Below, in pieces: positions 58,295 through 64,000 of a stretch of DNA of 64,000 nucleotides. The notes beneath the pieces are model-generated. The model searched no databases. It was not told the DNA's origin and saw only the letters and a program-made list of their open reading frames with translations. Each line of letters begins with the position of its first letter. Position 1 is the first letter of the stretch. Location of the stretch: positions 5,229 through 69,228 of the forward strand of contig VGPD01000006.1 of the NCBI GenBank assembly GCA_016875635.1. Direction: 5' to 3'. A program made the translations under genes and the position numbers. The DNA is from Chloroflexota bacterium. GTDB taxonomy: Bacteria; Chloroflexota; Dehalococcoidia; UBA2979.

Positions 58295-59862
58295 GCGACA
58301 CCTTCCGTGATGCGGAACACGAGATGACGCCGCCATGCCTCGCGCGGCTCCGGGAAGTCGGTGCGGTAGTGGGCGCCGCGTGACTCCTCGCGGGCGAGGG
58401 CGGCCTGGGCGGCCATGCGGCCGCAGGTGAGGATGGAGCGCAGTTCGTAGCCGGCGCGGTCACGGGGTTCGGGGAGGTCGGCGGACCAGCGCGAGAGTTG
58501 CGCGGCGGCGGTGCGCAGGCCCTCGGCGTCGCGCACGATGCCGACGGAGCGCCACATCAGGTCGCGGACCGCCTGGACGGTGGGGGGCGTGCCGCCGTCG
58601 CGCGCGGGGGCGAGGGTGAGGGTGTCGCGTGTCGCCTCGGGCGCGGGGGCGGGCGCGTCCTGGCGGTAGAGCCGTTCCACCGTGCGGTGGGCGAAGACGA
58701 CGGTCTCGAGCAGGGAGTTGGAGGCGAGGCGGTTCGCGCCGTGGACGCCGGTGCAGGCGGTCTCGCCGACGGCGAAGAGGCCGGGCACGGTCGTCTCGCC
58801 CCATGTGTTCGTGCGGACGCCGCCCATCGTGTAGTGCGCGGCGGGGGAGACGGGGATGCGGTCGCGCGCCATGTCGAGGCCCACCTCGAGGCAGGTCGCG
58901 TAGATCTGCGGGAACCGCGCCGCCAGCCACGCCTCGTCCCGGTCAGTGATGTCGAGGAGGACGTGGTCGCTGCCGGTGCGGGCCATCTCGGCGTGCGCGG
59001 CGCGGGCGACGACGTCGCGCGGGGCGAGCTCGGCGCGCTTCGGGTCGTAGTCGGGCATGAAGCGACGGCCGTCGGTGGCGAACAACCGCGCGCCCTCGCC
59101 TCGGACGGCCTCCGAGATGAGGAAGACCGGGCGTCCCGGGAGGACGAGGGCGGTGGGGTGGAACTGGGTGAACTCCATGTCCTGCACCTCGGCGCCGCTG
59201 GCGTAGGCGAGCGCCGCGCCGTCGCCGGTGGAGACGACGGGGTTCGTCGTGGTGCGGTACATCTGCCCCGCGCCGCCGGTGGCGAGGACGACGCGGCCCG
59301 CGCCGAAGCGCCGGCGCTCGCCCGTCGTCGTCGTGAAGGTCTCGATGCCGGCGGCGCGTCCGCCCTCGACGATGATCCGGTTCGCCTGTGTGTGCTCGAG
59401 GATCGTCACCTCGCGCTGGGCGAGGCTGGAGAGCGAGAGCTCGATCTCGAGGCCGGTGCCGTCGCCGCGCGCGTGGAGGATGCGCGAGGCGGAGTGCGCG
59501 GCCTCCCGTCCGAGGGCGACCTCGCCGTTGGTGGTGTCGAAGTGGACGCCGTAGCGGACGAGGTCCTTGATGCGGTCGGCGGCCTCGAAGCAGAGGAAGC
59601 GCGCGGCCTCCTCGTCGACGAGCCCCGCGCCGGCCTCGATGGTGTCGGCGAGGTGGGCGGCGGGGGAGTCGCCGGGGCCGACGGCGGCGGCGATGCCGCC
59701 CTGGGCGTGGCGGGTGGAGGCCTCGTGGATGTCACCCTTGGTGACGACGAGGACGCTCGCGCCGAACTCGCGCGCCTGGATGGCGGCGTAGAGGCCGGCG
59801 ATGCCGGAGCCGACGACGACGAGGTCGTAGGAGTCGCGCGCGGCTGTCGCCGGCTCGATCAC
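58291..59862 (-). CDS. nadB: L-aspartate oxidase
   Basis: FAD motif (DLVVVGSGIAGL), HAQGGIAAA, and the RGEGA and HYTMGG motifs. GTG start at 59862. The supplied 1070-aa ORF is an in-frame upstream extension through a spurious frame. Confidence 0.88.
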   Translation of the reverse strand: MIEPATAARDSYDLVVVGSGIAGLYAAIQAREFGASVLVVTKGDIHEASTRHAQGGIAAAVGPGDSPAAHLADTIEAGAGLVDEEAARFLCFEAADRIKDLVRYGVHFDTTNGEVALGREAAHSASRILHARGDGTGLEIELSLSSLAQREVTILEHTQANRIIVEGGRAAGIETFTTTTGERRRFGAGRVVLATGGAGQMYRTTTNPVVSTGDGAALAYASGAEVQDMEFTQFHPTALVLPGRPVFLISEAVRGEGARLFATDGRRFMPDYDPKRAELAPRDVVARAAHAEMARTGSDHVLLDITDRDEAWLAARFPQIYATCLEVGLDMARDRIPVSPAAHYTMGGVRTNTWGETTVPGLFAVGETACTGVHGANRLASNSLLETVVFAHRTVERLYRQDAPAPAPEATRDTLTLAPARDGGTPPTVQAVRDLMWRSVGIVRDAEGLRTAAAQLSRWSADLPEPRDRAGYELRSILTCGRMAAQAALAREESRGAHYRTDFPEPREAWRRHLVFRITEGVA

Positions 59863-60305
59863 GAGGGGACGCCGAGTCCGACGGGGGACGGCTCGTACTG
59901 CGTGATGGCGCTGACGATGGCGGCCCAGTCGTGCGGGACGATGGGCCGGCCGGTCTGCGCGTCGACGTAGGCGTAGCGGTGGTTGATCCGCGCGACGACC
60001 GCGCCGTCGCTCGCCGCGGCGAGCTCGCACTCGAAGCGGAGGCGGCCATCGACGGCCTCGACGCAACGGAGGCGGACGATCGCGGCGTCGTCCCAGCGCA
60101 GCGGCGCGCGGTAGCGCACTTCGGTGTGCGACTGGAAGCGCAGCACCTCGCGGTGGCTGGGGAGCCCGGCCTCGCGGTCGTAGGCGTCGAGGGCGATCTC
60201 GGTGAGGGCGAGCATCACGCCGCCGTGGACGAAGGGCGTGCCGCCGAAGGCGTCGGTGTGACGGAGCGGCATGCGCTGTTCGAAGCGGAACGCGGGGTCG
60301 GCCAT
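59859..60305 (-). CDS. hotdog-fold thioesterase (4HBT/YbgC-like) in the nad operon
   Basis: About 148 aa with a hotdog-pattern central helix (FVHGGVMLALTEIALDAY). Overlaps the nadB start by 4 nt. Confidence 0.6.
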   Translation of the reverse strand: MADPAFRFEQRMPLRHTDAFGGTPFVHGGVMLALTEIALDAYDREAGLPSHREVLRFQSHTEVRYRAPLRWDDAAIVRLRCVEAVDGRLRFECELAAASDGAVVARINHRYAYVDAQTGRPIVPHDWAAIVSAITQYEPSPVGLGVPS

Positions 60306-60344
60306 CGTGGGGGGTCCTCGGGTCTAGCGCACGCGCCGCGGGCG

Positions 60345-61565
60345 CTACTTGAGGGCGAGCATCCGCTCGAGGGCGACCTTCGCGTCGCGCTTGTGGGCCT
60401 CGGGCACCTGGATGCGGTTCACGACGCGCCCGGCGACCAGTTCCTCCATCACCCACGCGAGGTAGGCGGGGTGGACGCGGTACATCGTGCTGCACGGGCA
60501 GACGACGGGGTCGAGGCAGAAGATCGTCTTGTCCGGGTGCTCCTTCGCGAGCCGGGAGACGAGGTTGATCTCGGTGCCCACGCCGATGACGGAGCCGGCC
60601 GGGGCCTGCTCGATGTACTTCACGATGTAGCCGGTGGAGCCGTTGGCGTCGGCGGCCTCGACGACGTCGGCGCGGCACTCGGGGTGGACGACGATCTTCG
60701 CCTCGGGGTAGCGGGCGCGCGCCTGCTCGACCTGCGCGACGGTGAACCGCTGGTGCACGGAACAGTGGCCCTGCCAGAGGATGATCCGGGAGCGGTCGAG
60801 GGCCTCGCGGGTGGCGCCGCCGAGGTTGCCGGCGGGGAGCCGCCAGTTCCAGAGCACCATCTGCTCCAGCGGGATCCCCATCGCGTGCCCCGTGTTGCGG
60901 CCCAGGTGCTGGTCGGGGAAGAAGAAGACGCGCTTGCCGCGCTGGAACGCCCACTCGAGCACCTTGCCGGCGTTCGATGAGGTGCAGACGACGCCGTTGT
61001 TCGCGCCGCAGAACGCCTTCAGGCTCGCGGCGGAGTTCATGTAGGTGACGGGGATGATGTCGTCGGTGCTGCCGAAGGCCTCGCGCAGCTCCGCCCAGGC
61101 GGCGTGGACGTCCGCCTCCGCCGCCATGTCCGCCATCGAGCAGCCGGCCTCCATGTTGGGGAGGATCGTCTGCTGGTGGGGGGCGGCGAGGATGTCGGCG
61201 GCCTCCGCCATGAAGTGGACGCCGCAGAAGACGATGTAGTCGGACTCCGGCCGCTGCGAAGCGTACTGCGCCAGCTGGAACGAGTCGCCGCGCTCGTCGG
61301 CGAACTGGATGATGTCCTCGCGCTGGTAGTGGTGGCCGAGGACGACGACGCGCTTGCCGAGGGTCGCGCGCGCGGCGCGGATCCGCTCCGCGAGCTCGGT
61401 GGCCTCCATGGTCCAGTAGCGCTCCGGGATGGAGGGCTGCCAGGAGGAGAAGGCGACCTCGAGGGCGAGGGGGACGGTCTCGATCCCGGTGTCGGTCTCG
61501 CACTGGAGCTGGGCCATCGGGAACGACTTGTAGTCGAGGGCGGGGACGGTGGTGGGAGGGGTCAT
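60345..61565 (-). CDS. nadA: quinolinate synthase
   Basis: NadA motifs and the Cys ligands (HCSVHQ, PVVCPC...) are present. Start placed at ATG 61565 (MTPPTT). The listed ORF begins at GTG 61577. Confidence 0.85.
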   Translation of the reverse strand: MTPPTTVPALDYKSFPMAQLQCETDTGIETVPLALEVAFSSWQPSIPERYWTMEATELAERIRAARATLGKRVVVLGHHYQREDIIQFADERGDSFQLAQYASQRPESDYIVFCGVHFMAEAADILAAPHQQTILPNMEAGCSMADMAAEADVHAAWAELREAFGSTDDIIPVTYMNSAASLKAFCGANNGVVCTSSNAGKVLEWAFQRGKRVFFFPDQHLGRNTGHAMGIPLEQMVLWNWRLPAGNLGGATREALDRSRIILWQGHCSVHQRFTVAQVEQARARYPEAKIVVHPECRADVVEAADANGSTGYIVKYIEQAPAGSVIGVGTEINLVSRLAKEHPDKTIFCLDPVVCPCSTMYRVHPAYLAWVMEELVAGRVVNRIQVPEAHKRDAKVALERMLALK

Positions 61566-61580
61566 CGCGGGCCTCACGTC

Positions 61581-61603
61581 CTTTGCGTATTAAGTACGCA
61601 AAG
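61581..61603. promoter_or_regulatory. near-palindrome CTTTGCGTATTAAGTACGCAAAG, candidate repressor operator (NrtR-type) just upstream of nadA
   Basis: A 21-23-nt imperfect inverted repeat (TTTGCGTA-ttaa-gTACGCAAA), 16 nt 5' of the nadA start. An NrtR-like regulator is encoded 1 kb upstream. Confidence 0.45.
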
Positions 61604-61672
61604 TGCTTCGTGTGCAGAGTACGCTTTCCCGCCCCGGCGGGTCAATACGGGTGTGCTCGTGGAGGTTCGTGG

Positions 61673-62602
61673 CTACTCGGGGAACTCTGCCTGGAGTTGT
61701 GGGACCACCTCGAAGGCGATGCGTGCCAGTTGCGCGATGCGGTCGCCGCCGGCGAAGACGAGGTTGAAGTGGCGCACGCCCGCCTGAGCGTACTCGCGGA
61801 GGCGGGCCACCCACATCTCCACGTCGCCGTAGACGGTGTACCGCTCGAACCGCTCGAACGGGACGCGGTAGGTGCTTTCGATCCGCTCGGCGATCGTCGG
61901 GAGCGCGACTGCGAGGTCGTCGTCGAACATGCCCCACAGTTGCAACGCCGGGCGGATCGAGGCGGGGTCGCGGCCGAGCGCGGCGGCCTCGGAGCGCACG
62001 TTCGCGAGGCCCTCGGCGAAGTGCTCGGGCGTCGTGACGAACGGCATCCACGCGTCGCCGAAGCGTGCGGCGCGGCGCTGCGCCGGTCGCGAGCGGCCGC
62101 CGACCCAGACGGGGATCGGCGGCGCGGGGACGAGGTCGAGCGTCGCGTCGTCGACGTCGATCGCGGTGTTGTGCAGGGAGACGGGCGCGCCGGACCAGAG
62201 CGCGCACACTGCTTCGAGCGTGTCGTCGAGGCGTCGCCCGCGCTCCGCGAGCGGGACGCCGGCGGCCTCGAACTCCTTCGCGTACTCGCCGCCCGCGCCG
62301 ACGCCGAGGCGGAAGCGCCCGCTGGAGATCCACTGGAGCGTCGCCGTCTGCTTCGCGAGCGGGGCCGCGCCTCGGAGCCCCGCGAGCATGACGCCGGTGC
62401 CGAGGCCGATGCGCGAGGTCACGGCGGCGGCGGCGGAGAGCAGCACGACCGGCTCGGGCCAGAAGACCGGCCACAGGACATGGTCACCCACCCACACCGA
62501 GTCGTATCCGAGTTCCTCCGCCGCCTGCACGGCCGCGAGGAACTCCTCGGGCGTCGAGCCGCCGGGGAGGACGCCGAAGGTGAGGCTCACGGGATGCTCC
62601 AT
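61673..62602 (-). CDS. luciferase-like monooxygenase (LLM) family oxidoreductase, probably F420- or flavin-dependent
   Basis: Begins MEHPVSLTFGVLPGG and carries VWVGDH... with a TIM-barrel LLM signature. The true CDS lies in frame within the 547-aa ORF. Confidence 0.7.
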   Translation of the reverse strand: MEHPVSLTFGVLPGGSTPEEFLAAVQAAEELGYDSVWVGDHVLWPVFWPEPVVLLSAAAAVTSRIGLGTGVMLAGLRGAAPLAKQTATLQWISSGRFRLGVGAGGEYAKEFEAAGVPLAERGRRLDDTLEAVCALWSGAPVSLHNTAIDVDDATLDLVPAPPIPVWVGGRSRPAQRRAARFGDAWMPFVTTPEHFAEGLANVRSEAAALGRDPASIRPALQLWGMFDDDLAVALPTIAERIESTYRVPFERFERYTVYGDVEMWVARLREYAQAGVRHFNLVFAGGDRIAQLARIAFEVVPQLQAEFPE

Positions 62603-62604
62603 CG

Positions 62605-63258
62605 CTACAGGATCACGGGCTCGCGCGAGATGAAGCGGAACAGCTGCGCGGGCCGGTGTGCCCCCGCCCGCCGGTGCTCTGCCGTGGCCTCGATGATCCC
62701 GGAGGAGAGCATCCGCTTGCGGAAGTTCCGGCGGTCGAGGGGACGGCGGAGGATCGCCTCGTAGACGGCCTGCAGTTCGCGCAGGGTGAACTGCTCGGGC
62801 AGCAGGCCGTAGGCGATGTTGGTGTAGTCCAACTTCGCGCCGACGCGCGCCGCGGCCTGCCCGATCACCCGGTTGTTGTCGAAGGCGAGCGGCGGCAGCG
62901 CGTCCACCGGCTGCCAGGCCGGGTGCCACGCCTCCTCCTCGCGCAGCCGGACCTTCGCGGCCTCGACGAGCGCGAAGTAGGCGACGGCGACGGAGGGGCG
63001 GGCGGGGTCGAGGCCGGAGATCGTGAACAGCTGCTCCAGGTAGACATCGGCGACGCCGGTCTCCTCGACGAGTTTGCGCGTCGCGAGGGCGTCGAGGCTC
63101 TCGGTGCCGTCCCAGCGCCCGCCGGGCAGCGCCCACTTGCCTTCCTCGGGCGGGCCGGTGCGGTGGACGAGCAGCACCTGGAGACGCCCGTCGGTGACCG
63201 CGAGGATCACGACGATCGTGGCGACGGACGGGGAGGTGTCGGGCGGCATCGATGCCAC
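62605..63258 (-). CDS. nrtR: NrtR-family Nudix-related transcriptional regulator
   Basis: An N-terminal Nudix domain with a degenerate Nudix box (GGRWDGTESLDALATRKLVEETG) is followed by a C-terminal winged helix ending RNFRKRML...RPAQLFRF, as in NrtR regulators of NAD metabolism. Confidence 0.7.
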   Translation of the reverse strand: MASMPPDTSPSVATIVVILAVTDGRLQVLLVHRTGPPEEGKWALPGGRWDGTESLDALATRKLVEETGVADVYLEQLFTISGLDPARPSVAVAYFALVEAAKVRLREEEAWHPAWQPVDALPPLAFDNNRVIGQAAARVGAKLDYTNIAYGLLPEQFTLRELQAVYEAILRRPLDRRNFRKRMLSSGIIEATAEHRRAGAHRPAQLFRFISREPVIL

Positions 63259-63264
63259 GCGCGC

Positions 63265-64000
63265 TTACAGCACCGCGAACGACAGTGAGCCGGCGACGCG
63301 GCCCTGCAGCGACCACGGCGTGACCTGGTCGACGGTCACGCGCACGAGGTCGCCCACGCGCCCGGTCGCGTCGAAGTGGACGAGTTGCCCCCGGCGCGTC
63401 CGGCCGGTGGAGCGCCCGTCCTGCTCCGACTCCACGAGGACCTCGACGGTCTGGTTGAGCAGACGCTGGTTGATGCGCGCGGAGGAGGCCGCGTGCAACT
63501 CCTCGATGACGTGGAGGCGGGCCTTCTTCACCTCGCGCGGCACATCGTCGGCCATGTTCCGATGGGCGAAGGTGCCGGGGCGGGGCGAGTAGGCAGCGAC
63601 GTGGATCGTGTCGAACTGCGTGCGCTCGATGAGCGCGACCGTGTCGGCGAACTCCTCGTCCGTCTCGCCGGGGCAGCCGACGATGACGTCGGTGACGATG
63701 GCGGCGTCCGGCATCCGGCTGCGGATCCGCGCGACGCGCTCCTCGAACTCCGCGACGGTGTAGCCGCGGCGCATCCGCCCGAGCATCGATTCCGACCCCG
63801 ACTGCACGGGGATGTTGAAGAACTCGCAGACCTTCGGTTGGTCGGCGACGGCGTCGATGATGCGGTCGGTCATGTCCTTCGGGTAGGAGGTGAGGAAGCG
63901 CACGCGCTGTATGCCGTCGATGGCGTCGATGCCCTCGAAGAGGGTGGCGAGGTCGGGGCGGCTGCCGTCCGGGGCGGCGAGGTCGTGCCCGTAGGCCTCG
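63265..64000 (-). CDS. radical-SAM methylthiotransferase, MiaB/RimO family (C-terminal part; start beyond window end)
   Basis: Radical-SAM distal motifs (IPVQSGSESMLGRMRRGYT, GCPGETDEEF) and a C-terminal TRAM domain. The ORF continues past 64000. Confidence 0.8.
   Translation of the reverse strand, partial: EAYGHDLAAPDGSRPDLATLFEGIDAIDGIQRVRFLTSYPKDMTDRIIDAVADQPKVCEFFNIPVQSGSESMLGRMRRGYTVAEFEERVARIRSRMPDAAIVTDVIVGCPGETDEEFADTVALIERTQFDTIHVAAYSPRPGTFAHRNMADDVPREVKKARLHVIEELHAASSARINQRLLNQTVEVLVESEQDGRSTGRTRRGQLVHFDATGRVGDLVRVTVDQVTPWSLQGRVAGSLSFAVL

Noticed and set aside
58291-61503. 1070-aa minus-strand ORF
   Set aside because: Only the C-terminal 523 aa (from GTG 59862) is NadB. The upstream part is an open antisense/alternate frame across the thioesterase and nadA and is Arg/Gly/Pro-rich nonsense.

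Overview
The window is high-GC bacterial chromosome (about 68-70% GC) and is densely coding on both strands. The leftmost 11 kb is an aromatic amino-acid supraoperon. It opens with the 3' end of a T-box leader (T-box sequence plus intrinsic terminator) ahead of trpE. It continues trpE, an embedded NUDIX/DinB-like fusion gene, trpG-trpD-trpC-trpF-trpB, a divergent HAD hydrolase, a CPBP membrane protease, then trpA, an AroH-type chorismate mutase and a type I-beta DAHP synthase.

Housekeeping genes follow: scpA, ribF, tyrS, recJ, tandem fabF paralogs with fabD, nnr, acpS, folD, and prfB with its canonical CTT-TGA-C +1 programmed frameshift. There is a nusA-ylxR-infB-rbfA-truB block. There is also an rpsB-tsf-frr-cdsA-dxr-rseP-ispG block, followed by proS and an HD-GYP protein.

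The most interesting region is a tightly overlapping seven-gene minus-strand operon at 25.6-32.1 kb with a divergent LysR regulator. It encodes myo-inositol-1-phosphate synthase, two LpxL/PatA-family acyltransferases, a PHP-family phosphoesterase, a GT4 PimA-like glycosyltransferase, a CDP-alcohol phosphatidyltransferase (PIP-synthase-like) and a frameshifted glutaredoxin-like fusion gene. This looks like a phosphatidylinositol / acylated inositol glycolipid (PIM-like) pathway, with the PHP protein as an unassigned candidate PIP phosphatase.

Other notable items:
- a roughly 780-aa secreted adhesin-like protein interrupted by one in-frame TAA, preceded by a perfect 10-nt inverted repeat
- GC-rich palindromic repeat families flanking dtd
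- a tandem 40-nt repeat in the rpsB/fmdB divergent region
- infB broken at an A5 homopolymer
- an unlisted 48-aa zinc-ribbon ORF
- an NrtR-like Nudix regulator next to a nadA-thioesterase-nadB-nadC operon with an upstream palindrome

No rRNA, tRNA, CRISPR array or obvious transposase was found. Taxonomy is uncertain; a Chloroflexota/Thermomicrobia-like or other high-GC lineage is a guess.
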